From Perkinsela sp. CCAP 1560/9 (taxonomy: Eukaryota > Protista > Euglenozoa: Kinetoplastea): a DNA stretch of 64,000 nt. Under the pieces are notes generated by a model. That model was not told where the DNA came from and searched no databases. It worked only from the letters and a program-made list of their open reading frames with translations. The stretch is from the NCBI GenBank assembly GCA_965644495.1, contig CBFFSA010000006.1, forward strand, positions 682,001 through 746,000, in the 5' to 3' direction. Numbering within the stretch: the stretch's first letter is position 1; every line of letters starts with the position of its first letter. Of this stretch, positions 50,821 through 61,286 are shown piece by piece. The translations under genes and the position numbers were made by a program.

Positions 50821-52470
50821 ATGCTGTTTTTTATACTGGCCATGCTTCCCTTGTTTTCGGCCCATGTATGCATCCACTCCAACCTGAACCACGCTCATTT
50901 CACGGCAAACTGGACAAATCTTGTAGAAACTGATTACGCCCCTGAACCTGAATTTTCTGCTGAAATGATTTCTCCGCTTTCTCTCGGGTGGTCCGGAGGA
51001 AAAGCATCACCTCGAGGGGCTATCCGCATTACAACGTCTACTGAAGATCTCTTTAACCCTGAAAAACACTGCACGGCAGTGGGGCAGCTCCGGCCCACTT
51101 TTCTTGGATCGGAGGCCATTTGTCGTGAGGAAGACATACTGACACCGGAGAAAAGGGATCGGCTACTTCATACTGTGTTGCCTGCTGCGGTCTCTTTTTT
51201 TGAAAAGGCACTTAGTGTTGACCAGGGGCACCGTGGATTATTGATGAATAACAACATTTGTGGGGTGGAGATTTCTGTACCCTCTAATTTCACGACAACT
51301 CCGGGGGCTGAGAACGCAGACTACGTTTTGTTCGTGACTGCTGGTCCAATCGAGTCTGCGGAAACCGTAGCTTGGGCAGGAGCGTGCGGGTACAACCGCA
51401 AGGGGCGCCCCGTTGTTGGTCTCGTCAACTTTGGCCCCGCAGCGTTGGGACTTCCTCTCGCTCCTCAGTATTTCACTAAAGTTGCCACACATGAGATCAC
51501 CCATGCTCTCGGCTTCACCCCGTATTTTGCGCAAAGTATGTTTCTGTGGCCGAATCGCAATCCAATTAGCACTCGCAATCGCAGGGGAAAGCGAGTGACT
51601 GTGATTACCTCTCCTGAGGTCATTACCCGGTCACGTGAACACTTTGGCTGTCCCACGCTGGACGGTATGGAACTGGAGGACGGAGGCGGGGAAGGTACCC
51701 AACTTTCCCACTGGGAGAAACGACTTCTTCTAAACGAACTAATGGTAGGCATGCTAAACGCTGGAGAAGTCAATTTAGCCGTAAGTAACATTACTCTTGC
51801 TTTTTTCCAGGATAGTGGTCACTATAATGTGAATTACACAGCATCGTCTCCATTAGCAGAGATGCGCTTTGGTCGAAGCGCCGGGTGTTCGTTTCTAATG
51901 GAAAAGTGCAACACTGTCGGCGGGGGTCGTGGCACTCACTTTTGCTTTAACCGTGAAAAAGCATGCGCCCCGGACCGCCTTGGCGTGGGGGTTTGCAATT
52001 ACGTGGAGTACTCTTCACCTCTGCCCTTGCCTTTTCAATACGACAATCCTTTTTACGGTGGAATATGCGATATAGCAGACTATTGCCCTTTTGTACAAGC
52101 TTATGATGATTATGTCTGCGTAAATCCCAGTCTGGAAGGTTTATCAGGAATTCGTTCCTCACAAGTTGGTGATGTTTTCAGTTCAGAAAGCCGGTGTTTC
52201 AACACTTTTGATTTAGATGGTACTCTTAAAAAAGGTGGTTTGCGGCACAGTAGGTTAAGGTCTTCCTTGAATAGTACTGGTCAGCGATGTTTACGTGTAC
52301 GTTGCGTTCGCGGTGCGCTTCAACTTTCAGTTGGAAAATCTATAAAATGGCTTAGGTGTCCAGCAAACGGTTCGTCTGGTATAATTGAGGCCACCGACGG
52401 GTACAGTGGTCGAATAGAATGCCCCCCAGCTGAAGAGATATGCACGCCAGAACTAGAGGTTTATTCGTAA
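50821..52470 (+). CDS. GP63: Leishmanolysin/GP63 (peptidase M8)
   Basis: Signal peptide, pro-domain HVCIH, HEITHALGF zinc motif, ELEDGGGEGT..SHWEKR..NELM, DYCP and terminal CPPAEEIC. Confidence 0.93.
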   Translation: MLFFILAMLPLFSAHVCIHSNLNHAHFTANWTNLVETDYAPEPEFSAEMISPLSLGWSGGKASPRGAIRITTSTEDLFNPEKHCTAVGQLRPTFLGSEAICREEDILTPEKRDRLLHTVLPAAVSFFEKALSVDQGHRGLLMNNNICGVEISVPSNFTTTPGAENADYVLFVTAGPIESAETVAWAGACGYNRKGRPVVGLVNFGPAALGLPLAPQYFTKVATHEITHALGFTPYFAQSMFLWPNRNPISTRNRRGKRVTVITSPEVITRSREHFGCPTLDGMELEDGGGEGTQLSHWEKRLLLNELMVGMLNAGEVNLAVSNITLAFFQDSGHYNVNYTASSPLAEMRFGRSAGCSFLMEKCNTVGGGRGTHFCFNREKACAPDRLGVGVCNYVEYSSPLPLPFQYDNPFYGGICDIADYCPFVQAYDDYVCVNPSLEGLSGIRSSQVGDVFSSESRCFNTFDLDGTLKKGGLRHSRLRSSLNSTGQRCLRVRCVRGALQLSVGKSIKWLRCPANGSSGIIEATDGYSGRIECPPAEEICTPELEVYS

Positions 52471-53402
52471 ACATCTAAGCGGTTGTTTGTCTTTATATAA
52501 ATTTTGTATACACGGTATTTCAGTGTACGCCACTACTTATTTGTACCTGTGCCATTTCTGTTCTGTATTTTAGCACGACTTCCTTTTACGAGGCCAGGTT
52601 GTGTATAATACGTACCTATTGAATTACAGAAAAGCTTGCAAAGGCGCTACACTTTGTTCCATCGTGTGTCATTTACGAGATAAAAAATAATTTTTATCTT
52701 TTCTGCATTTCGTGAGTACCTTTATTCTCAGAAAAGTCAAAGAACGGCTTTTTTGCGTTTTGACTTGGCGCTGCACGTAGGTGATTCCTGAGATCTCAAT
52801 ATCTCATTCATACGGATATTCAGTTACGCTAACATAGTTGCACTTATGTGCTGTCTCCCGAAAGATTAAAAAACTAACGATTCAGCCAACTCTGTGCACT
52901 CCTCATTTAAGAGGCAATCGCCTCTTCGCATCTACACATGCCTAGCGCTTTCCGATTCCGTTATTCTTTTTACATTACATACATGGGATACTTCATATTA
53001 TACATGGGACACTTCCCATAGCGAGAGGCAGTAACTTCTTCCCGTGGAAGAACCGAAGCAATTGTTTCACTGGTCTTGTGATGCTTACTCCCTCTTTTGC
53101 AAACATAATGTGCCCCCCCTTTAATGGAGACTCCACCCCTCAGACCCCCCTTTAATAGAGACAAAAACTTGGAATAATTTTGGAGAAAAAAATGTATGTT
53201 GCTTAAAAGGGTAGAAAAATACTTAGAATTCACTGAACATTCAATAATCTCTAACAATGTAAACATTCACCGCATTCAAGGTTTCTGAATCCGCGGAATC
53301 TCCTGTCAAGTTGAAAGATGGTGTTCGTAACACGATTCATTTTGTGCACGGGCCTCTGAGCTCCTGGATTATCACAGAACCGCCAGCCACGAATCCGGAA
53401 TC

Positions 53403-53719
53403 TACCGTATACCCCCCCCCCAGTAAGAGAATGGGTTTTGGGTCGAAATGGCCAAATCTCTCTTACTGGGGGGGGGTATGCTTTTTTGGTCAGTTTCCTC
53501 TTTTCTCCCAACTTTTGACTATTTTTTCTTTTTTTTCTTCTGAAAACGTGTTAAAACGCTTCTTTGGGGTACCCTCGAGGCCCCTAACATGCAGACACTC
53601 ACCCCCTATACGCCTCCTATTGAGCTCCCAAGCCAAATCTCTCTTACTGGGGGTCAGCCTAAAAAGGTTCAAATCTCCCTTACTGTGGGGGGTACCTTAC
53701 TGGGGGGGGGTATACGGTA
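53403..53719. mobile_element. TA-flanked MITE with subterminal repeats
   Basis: taccgtata-C10-agtaag / cttact-G9-tatacggta termini; aaatctcycttactg repeated three times internally. Confidence 0.85.
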
Positions 53720-54018
53720 ACATTCGAAATCACAAACAACCTTCTTCCAATCACTGTCCGTGAAAAGAGAGACCGAACAGAGTAAAGCATGTATGACAAG
53801 CGCGATATATGCCTGTCGAAATCGACGGTATCCAATATACAGGATAAGTACGGGCTCTCTCCAAGTACTTTTCATAAAACACGCAACTGGTGAGTGACAT
53901 TTTTCTGTTTTAGTCTCTTCGTTGTTCTCAACTTAGGATGTACCACTGCTGCGTCGTATAACGGTAGCTGATGTCCCAAACTCTCAAAATATGTATTAGG
54001 GGTCGAAGAACATTGTTT

Positions 54019-54730
54019 TTACTGTATGTGTTTGGACCATCCTGTCTCGCTGATCAGGGTGTCAGTCGGTAAGAAGGTCCACAAGGCTCCGTCCTCATAT
54101 TCCTGGGTCTTCCCGGCGCCTTCAAAGCGTTCGGGGATACCAAGGCTATGATTTAGGAAGATGGGGATGGCGTCGCCCATGTCGGGTGCGAAGATGTGAC
54201 CGTGAAAGGAACCGTCGTATACGCGGATCACCGTGGCTTCCACGGGGGTTTGCTCACCATGTGGCAGGGAAAGGGAGAGAGACACTTGCTGGGCGCAATC
54301 GAGCTTCTCACGATCGTTGATTTCAGTGGGTTCCCGGTAGTGTCCTTGAGCATGGGACTTTTGTTGGACACGCCCAGAGTGTTTCTCACCAACCCCATGA
54401 ATTCATGGAAGGTGGCGAAAGCGCCGCAGGGCACCCTAATGTGCCCCGAGCTGGCGGGGCCTAAATCCAGGAGGATTAGCCCTTCGGGTCCGTAGTCAAT
54501 TAGGCCTCCATCCAGAAATTAGGGCCATCCAGAATGTTGAGGGACTTGGTTGACGGAGATCGCGCCGACCGTTGCATAACATTGTTTGAACAGGATGAGG
54601 AGCTCGGTCCTGCGCTCCTGTTTTCTGTGTGACCTACACAGAGTGTAGGTAGGAGTTGCCGGAGGAGTTCCACCACTGATAAGTATGGCGGGGGAAGGTT
54701 TATTAATGGGCGGTAATTTTTCTTTCCCAT
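54019..54730 (-). pseudogene. Frameshifted antisense ORF remnant of unknown family (possibly mobile-element derived)
   Basis: Three consecutive GC-rich minus-strand ORF pieces. Removing a 17-nt tandem duplication (54517-54533) restores the frame NILDGGLIDYGPEG; a second shift lies near 54285. Confidence 0.5.
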
Positions 54731-54739
54731 GGCAATTTG

Positions 54740-54792
54740 TCTGTCCAAAGGCATTTTATCTGTCCAAAGGCATTTTATCTGTCCAAAGGCAT
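54740..54792. repeat. 19-bp tandem repeat x2.8
   Basis: tctgtccaaaggcatttta at 54740 and 54759, partial at 54778. Confidence 0.9.
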
Positions 54793-55061
54793 CGGTCCTG
54801 TCCGGCCGCCTGTTGCGAAGACTTGGTATCCAAGTGTTATAGAGAAACATGGACCCCCTAATTTCAAAATATTCTTCATTTTAGGGGTTCCCTGGTGCCC
54901 TTTTTAAGTACGCGTTTGCTCCTTTTAATAGTGTTGCCCGCTATTTTTTTGGTCAAATAATAATAACTACACGCCCGCTAATATATTTTAATAAACGAGT
55001 GAATAAACGGGATAAAATATTGCATCTATAAGAATAACATTTAGAAATGTAAGCTTTCTTG

Positions 55062-57083
55062 ATGTCTTGGGTTTCTTCACTTATTCATGCACAAGTTATG
55101 CTTCGCAAACTTCACGTTGCAACTTTTTCGGACTTGGTGAATTCAAAGTCAATGACGACGAATGAACTGTCATCTGTCTTAAAAACGACATGTGTGAGTT
55201 TTCCTGTCGATGATATTATACAAACGATTCGTAATCTTGTTTGCTCGACTCCATCGCAGTGGAATCTAGCGACAAAACTTCTAAAAAGAAGTTTTTCTTT
55301 ATTGTCTTCAGAACAAGCAAGTGCATGTGGGAGCTATCTTTTTCATCTACACCCAGATTTTTCTAGTTATTCTCTTGGAGAATACCTTCAAGGGGTAAAA
55401 AGCATTGAGAAGTACCGAAAATATAGGTCTGACGGAACACAGCTTGCAGAAGCACATTACGTTTTTCTTCGTAATTGGGATACCTCCATTCAAATTTACA
55501 AGGATGTTATAGCAAAATGCCAAGATGTTTCTCAAGGGTTTTATTATCCTGAAAATCTTGTGGTAAATTGGATACTACAGCAACCTGCAAAGCGGTGGTG
55601 CGAAGGTTTGCATCTTTTAGAGCGCACAGAAACAACCCTTTCATCTATCTTGGGTCCACTGGTTCGCACGGCAGGTCCTTTGGGGATTTATATTTATCTA
55701 ATACTAAAAAATAGATTTATTGACTACCGCAGTCAGTGGATTTCCAAGCGCATGCTATTACTGCCACAATGGAAAAATCGTTGGCTTCTCGGGTTTAAAA
55801 TATTTCAAATAATTTCCAGTGGTTCATCTCTCCTGGCTGATGAGGCACGTTTACAATGCCTTTTTAACAAACAGTTGACTATCTGGGATGATTTGAACCA
55901 TCCATTTGGACGTATTTTTCTTTACCTTTCCTCGATTCGCTGGCAAAAGACCTTTCCTGACTTCCAAAAACATCTTTTTCGATTTCCTCATGCTACGAGG
56001 CTTCTATCACTCATTCAAAATCCTTTAGAAATAGCAAATTCTACTGCTCTCAGTCACGTTATCGATACATTCGTTAGACAGCCAGATTTGGCGCCTGAAA
56101 CTCTCGTAATTAAATTGGTGCAAGTTTCAAGAATAGTTCTCGAAAAAGAATATTGTCATCGCTTGTTTCTTAAATTGATGAAGCGCCGCTTCGTCTTGCT
56201 CGATGGCGAGCCCATATCGCATTTAAATTTGACGTTGTATCCTGATCAAATATTGCAAATAAAATTTCAATCTTTAGCGCCGTTGGTTGGTTCAAGTCGC
56301 ACGGCAAGTGGTACTCTTCCAGCGAGGCTCACTGAATCGACTATAAAAGCAGCAGGTGAGCACTCAGCCGAAGCAAGTGAATTTATAGAAAATGAAACCG
56401 AATTAAGTTTTCTTTCCGACCCCATGTTGATTGAAGAGATAAGCATCACACATGATAGTGCCTTTGCTTCAAAATTGAAGCCTGATTGTCCGCCTGATAT
56501 AGAGTATGAACTGGGAGATGGGAGTTCATTCGAAAAATCATTTATGGAAGGCGACTACGCAACAGATTCCATTATGAAACCGGAATCCATCTACACCTCG
56601 TGGAATGATGACGTACTTCAGGGCTTTTGTCCATCCGTTCGACCTTTTTGTGTATTGGTCCCTTATTTCTCTAACCATGCCTTACCCTCCTTGTTTCCAG
56701 GTAAACTTTTGAGCGAGAGGCGTTTATATCAATTTATTTCTGTCGATCTGCATCATCGACCTTCTTTGCGAGTGTACCAATGCATCACATATGGAGACAA
56801 TTCCGAGATAGGAAAAATAGTTAAAAAAATGCAGTTTCGGAATGAATTTATACTTGGATGCTCGTGTGCTAAGCAAGGTGGAGGTTCCTTTTTATCTTCC
56901 CCCTTGTGTACGGATGGAGCACCCTTGATAGCGCTTAAGGAGCTACATTTTCGTCATCCTCATACAGGAGAACGAGTACTTGTCGAGCGAACAACAAAAC
57001 TTGACCGCATTGCGCAGACCCTAAATACATCAAAGCGTGGACCGAGTTCAAAACGCACAGATCTAAAAAGTGTACAGGTATAA
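55062..57083 (+). CDS. Helical-repeat + S4 + degenerate RluA/RluD pseudouridine-synthase-like protein
   Basis: S4-like KLMKRRFVLLDGEPISHLNLTLYPDQIL; C-terminal LKELHFRHPHTGERV matches the RluD end motif; no HRLD catalytic motif seen. Confidence 0.55.
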   Translation: MSWVSSLIHAQVMLRKLHVATFSDLVNSKSMTTNELSSVLKTTCVSFPVDDIIQTIRNLVCSTPSQWNLATKLLKRSFSLLSSEQASACGSYLFHLHPDFSSYSLGEYLQGVKSIEKYRKYRSDGTQLAEAHYVFLRNWDTSIQIYKDVIAKCQDVSQGFYYPENLVVNWILQQPAKRWCEGLHLLERTETTLSSILGPLVRTAGPLGIYIYLILKNRFIDYRSQWISKRMLLLPQWKNRWLLGFKIFQIISSGSSLLADEARLQCLFNKQLTIWDDLNHPFGRIFLYLSSIRWQKTFPDFQKHLFRFPHATRLLSLIQNPLEIANSTALSHVIDTFVRQPDLAPETLVIKLVQVSRIVLEKEYCHRLFLKLMKRRFVLLDGEPISHLNLTLYPDQILQIKFQSLAPLVGSSRTASGTLPARLTESTIKAAGEHSAEASEFIENETELSFLSDPMLIEEISITHDSAFASKLKPDCPPDIEYELGDGSSFEKSFMEGDYATDSIMKPESIYTSWNDDVLQGFCPSVRPFCVLVPYFSNHALPSLFPGKLLSERRLYQFISVDLHHRPSLRVYQCITYGDNSEIGKIVKKMQFRNEFILGCSCAKQGGGSFLSSPLCTDGAPLIALKELHFRHPHTGERVLVERTTKLDRIAQTLNTSKRGPSSKRTDLKSVQV

Positions 57084-57455
57084 TTTTATTAAACATGTTT
57101 ACTTAACTTTTTCTTTGAACAGGCACAAGAATATTATATACTTTGTTTGGTTTTGCTTGTTTTATTTGATCGGTCGATAAAAATTCATCAAACGAGTACG
57201 TGATTATAGCTATTCTATTACGCACTTGCCTCTTAAAACTATTTTGGGTGTTATACTTCTTTAGGTAAAACGTAAAGAATTTTTCATGCGTGCAAATCAA
57301 TCGTTTTCTTATTGAATGTCTTGAAGCTTTTAAAACTAATTCCTGCGACTTCGCAAAAAACTCTTTTGCCAACTTCCTAAAAAAAATATTTTCTCAAGAT
57401 TTCTTAGTATTTTAAATCTATCTTTAGTAATATTTCTTGGTATCTTTATCCGATC

Positions 57456-58769
57456 ATGGAAACTCGGAACTCGTCCTCAGCTTCATTTTACGAGAAATAT
57501 TCTGATCACTTCAATTCATTAGAGATTTCAGAGAGGGAAAGCAAAGCTGCTGAAAAAGCAAAGAGACGTCAAGCATTCCTCTCTCTTCACGGCTCAAAAG
57601 TATCTAATGCAGAGAAATGTCGTCCAAAAACTCGGGCTGAAAGAAGAGGCCTCCAGGAAAAGCAACGAGCAGCCAAAGGTGTATTAAAGGAAGCTGTACC
57701 GCAAAGTCAATGCTCTGCAGTTTCAGTGGCTTCGAAAGAAAACATGTCAACATTATTTTCAATTCAAAAGGCAGATGTACTAAAGACGAAGGAAGGCGGG
57801 AATACAGTGGCAAAGTGTAATTCCACTCAAGAAATTCCTCTGATTCATTCGGCAATTTATCAATGCGGATTATGGCTTGAAAGTTTCTTGCTGTCCGGAT
57901 GCAGTACAAGGTGCGCCGGAACAGCGCTGGCAATTAAATCATGTATAGAATCTTTAGAAGGAAAATCGGATTCTATTTTTGAGACCTCTAAATTCGTTGA
58001 AATTTTGCTGTTTCAAATTTCTTTTCTTGAGAAATGTCGAACCTTTTCACCTGGATTAGAAAACTTTATTATATACCTAAGGCGAAGTCTATTCTCATTA
58101 GGCCAGCTCAGAATCTCAAAAAAAGAAGCTCTGACTCGTGCAACTAATTTTATTTCCGAATTTCTAATTAAAAACGTGCACTCGGCGCAGAAAACCATTA
58201 TTCTGGGAATGTCTTGTATCCGACATGACTGTTCTGTTCTCACCTACGGTCACAGTAACGTCATACGTGAGTTATTTCGAGCAACAGAACTCTCCAGCAT
58301 ACATTTCAATGTAACAGTTATGGATGCAGCCCCTCTTTTCGAAGGTCGAAAACTGTTTGTCGCACTTAAAAATTGTCCAAACATTTCCGTAACATACGGA
58401 TTTATTAACAATATACAAAGTTTAATGAACGGAATAGATGTCATCTTGATGGGAGCCAGCGCGATTTCTTCAAACGGGGACGTTTTTTCTAGGTCAGGAA
58501 GCGCGGTAGTCTCCCTTAACGCCTCTCGTCTTCGTTTACCGATTCTGATTTTATGTGAGGCATACAAGTTTACGCATAGCATGAATAAGGTAATAACTGC
58601 AGTAGAAGATAATTTTGAAATTAAGGATAGTGTAATACGCACCTTGTATGATAAAATTCCCCCTTTAATGTTGACGGTCGTCAGAAGCGAGGACGGTCCA
58701 ATCAATCCTTTAAATATTGGAAGCTTATTGCTTGTGAAATCTCAAGGTGAATCTCAAGATGAACGCTAA
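57456..58769 (+). CDS. EIF2B4: Translation initiation factor eIF2B delta subunit
   Basis: TRAERRGLQEKQRAAK, IHSAI, LTYGHS, DAAPLFEG, MGASAISSNGDVFSRSG and LCEAYKF. Confidence 0.88.
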   Translation: METRNSSSASFYEKYSDHFNSLEISERESKAAEKAKRRQAFLSLHGSKVSNAEKCRPKTRAERRGLQEKQRAAKGVLKEAVPQSQCSAVSVASKENMSTLFSIQKADVLKTKEGGNTVAKCNSTQEIPLIHSAIYQCGLWLESFLLSGCSTRCAGTALAIKSCIESLEGKSDSIFETSKFVEILLFQISFLEKCRTFSPGLENFIIYLRRSLFSLGQLRISKKEALTRATNFISEFLIKNVHSAQKTIILGMSCIRHDCSVLTYGHSNVIRELFRATELSSIHFNVTVMDAAPLFEGRKLFVALKNCPNISVTYGFINNIQSLMNGIDVILMGASAISSNGDVFSRSGSAVVSLNASRLRLPILILCEAYKFTHSMNKVITAVEDNFEIKDSVIRTLYDKIPPLMLTVVRSEDGPINPLNIGSLLLVKSQGESQDER

Positions 58770-58943
58770 GTTAATATTGTACTCTTTTCATTTACAGTTC
58801 TGTCGCTCATCACAACAGGTGTAATAGAAAAATAATAGCTTTTTGTTTTTTATTCAGTTTATGTATAAATAATCTCCAATAGATCATGAGTATATCTCAT
58901 CAAAAATATAATCATTTATTGAACATATTTTCTTGTCATAATC

Positions 58944-59414
58944 ATGTTTTTGCTTCGTAACCGCGCAGGTTTGTCGTCTGTTATCTATCTAAGGTGCCTG
59001 TTTAAAAACGTGTTATTGTCGATATGTTCCCTTATCATATCGTTTGTTCTTGGCGTGTTTGCCTTGATATTTTTTAGGGTATTTTTCAGATATGTGGGCA
59101 GAGTACTGGTAGATTTATACAAAACTCAAGTTGCTAATTTCCTTCCTTTGCTTTCCATAGTGCGCTTTTTTGGTTTTCAGGAAACCGACAGTCTGTTTAT
59201 ATCGCTCTCAAAAGCATCACCAAGTGGAACTGCAGCACTTCGCATCCTTTTTTGGTTTTTTGGACTTACGAGCGTTGCTTATCACTTGGTAAAGTTAATT
59301 AGTAAAGTCGGTCGGCAAAATCGAAATATGTCGAATTTTCTAGGCATACACGATTCGGATATACAAGCGTATGAGGAAGAGGTAAACCAAAACTGGAAAT
59401 ATTCTACACATTGA
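58944..59414 (+). CDS. Hypothetical membrane protein
   Basis: 156-aa ATG ORF with 2-3 hydrophobic segments on the coding strand. Confidence 0.55.
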   Translation: MFLLRNRAGLSSVIYLRCLFKNVLLSICSLIISFVLGVFALIFFRVFFRYVGRVLVDLYKTQVANFLPLLSIVRFFGFQETDSLFISLSKASPSGTAALRILFWFFGLTSVAYHLVKLISKVGRQNRNMSNFLGIHDSDIQAYEEEVNQNWKYSTH

Positions 59415-59717
59415 TTCTTTGTACTACTTTTAATATGTTCGTTCAATATATTCTATGTTCATTTTTTCATACATGTACATTTGCGTACATGTTTAAAGGC
59501 ATGAAATCGTTTTTCCTATCCCGAAATAACATTTCATATACATTCACATGGGGAAACCAGGATTGCTGAATCCGTACAGGCCAATTAACTGAGTGCGGAC
59601 GGCAGACAGGGGTATTTATTTGTTGACTTTTTCTAAGCGTTGAGATTTGAAGAGTCTTTTTTCTTACATTTTTGATATTTCTGATTAACTTAGTTCTTAT
59701 TTCTTATTGAGTTGCAT

Positions 59718-60758
59718 ATGGAAGTCAGAGAGTCTGAGAAGCACATCCAACATGCGGAAAAGCGTTCTCCCTTGCCATGGGTTGAAAAATATCGACCGCA
59801 ATCTATTGAAGACATTATCGCGCACGAGGACATTATGTCTGCTTTATCAAAACTTATTTCTCTCCAACAAGTTCCTCATTTATTGTTTTACGGACCTCCA
59901 GGAACAGGTAAAACCACAACTGTCTTATCTTGCGCCCGATTGATTTACGGCCCTGGTTCCCTCAAAGGAAATGTTCTCGAGCTCAATGCCAGCGATGAGC
60001 GTGGGATTGATGTTGTGCGACACCAGATTAAAGACTTTGCTTCCACCTCTCAAGTGTTCTCTCATGTCTCTTTTAAACTAGTAGTGCTCGATGAGGCTGA
60101 CCAAATGACCTCGGAGGCTCAGGCTGCGCTGCGTCGTGTTATGGAGCGCTATACCAAAAATGTCCGGTTTTGCATTTTGTGTAATCATGTGAACAAGTTA
60201 ATTCCCGCAATACAATCCCGCTGCACTCGTTTTCGGTTTGGGCCGCTTCGCAAATCACAGATGATGCCCCGATTGGTACACATTCTAAATGAGGAGTCGA
60301 TATCTTGGGAGGACAGGGGTGTAGCATCTGCCATTCGCCTCAGCGGCGGTGATATGCGACGCTGTATCAATATTTTGCAGGGCACCGCAATGTCCTTTCA
60401 TGAAGTCACGGAGGACACGGTTCATCGCTGCACTGGTGCTCCTTCTCCAAAAACGATTTCTCAAGCAGTGGAAAAAATGCTTGGTGCGAATTTTCCTGAG
60501 GCTCATGAAGAGGTGATGCAACTAACGTCGGCGCATGGGTTATCCACTCTAGATGTCGTCCGCGAATCTCATCACGTTGTCTCTCGTATCGAATTTTCTG
60601 AACCTGTAAAGGCGTTTCTTCTGCAGCGTCTCGCAACTTTAGAACATCAACTAGCTCAAGGTGGAAGTGAAAAAATTAATTTAGCCGCATTAGTTGGAGC
60701 TTTTCAAATTGCGAAGGAATCTGCTGCTCAAAACATGTCAATTATAAATGTTGTCTGA
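59718..60758 (+). CDS. RFC5: Replication factor C small subunit (yeast Rfc3/human RFC5 type)
   Basis: PWVEKYRP, HLLFYGPPGTGKT, LELNASDERGIDVVR, LDEADQMT..AQAALRR and SRCTRFRF. Confidence 0.92.
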   Translation: MEVRESEKHIQHAEKRSPLPWVEKYRPQSIEDIIAHEDIMSALSKLISLQQVPHLLFYGPPGTGKTTTVLSCARLIYGPGSLKGNVLELNASDERGIDVVRHQIKDFASTSQVFSHVSFKLVVLDEADQMTSEAQAALRRVMERYTKNVRFCILCNHVNKLIPAIQSRCTRFRFGPLRKSQMMPRLVHILNEESISWEDRGVASAIRLSGGDMRRCINILQGTAMSFHEVTEDTVHRCTGAPSPKTISQAVEKMLGANFPEAHEEVMQLTSAHGLSTLDVVRESHHVVSRIEFSEPVKAFLLQRLATLEHQLAQGGSEKINLAALVGAFQIAKESAAQNMSIINVV

Positions 60759-61195
60759 TGTTTATATTATGAAACATTCTTCACACTGTAAAAGACAGTT
60801 CCAGGAATTTATGAGACCTCTTTATTTTTGCATATTTATACTTGGTTCATAGGACATTTGTTTATGATTAATGAAAAGTACAGGACGCCAAAAAAGTGTA
60901 TGTTTTTCTGTGGGCGATAAACTATTATTATTTTCTTTTTAACGAGGAAATTTTTGACCCGGTACACTACACAATATCTGCACTCTAATTTATTCGATTC
61001 TTTTACTCTAAATCTTCAAAAACAAACTCTACCCACTAGTACCTCAGCTTTATTTCGAAATACACTACTGTTCTCTACAGACTGCGGATAAATGACTAAC
61101 TCCCCGCCTTCTCATCGAGGCAAAGTGACACTAGAGCTTTTACCATTGGAAGATGCAATGAAAACCGACTGGGACTGAGTCGGTGTGGGTAAACG

Positions 61196-61286
61196 TTCCT
61201 AAACGCGGAGGTAGTTTTCAACGCGAAGCGCGCAGCATGAGTGACTTCCAAGTTGAAAACAACCGCCGCATTTAACGAAGCCACTA
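61196..61286 (+). repeat. Copy C: solo hairpin of the repeat family
   Basis: taaacgcggaggtagttttcaac-gcgaagcgcgcagcatgagtgacttccaa-gttgaaaacaaccgccgcatttaacgaagccacta; outer left arm eroded. Confidence 0.88.

Noticed and set aside
59560-59612. Hairpin ending in AGA resembling a kinetoplastid H/ACA-like snoRNA
   Set aside because: The internal loop is too small to form a pseudouridylation pocket, and no target can be verified.
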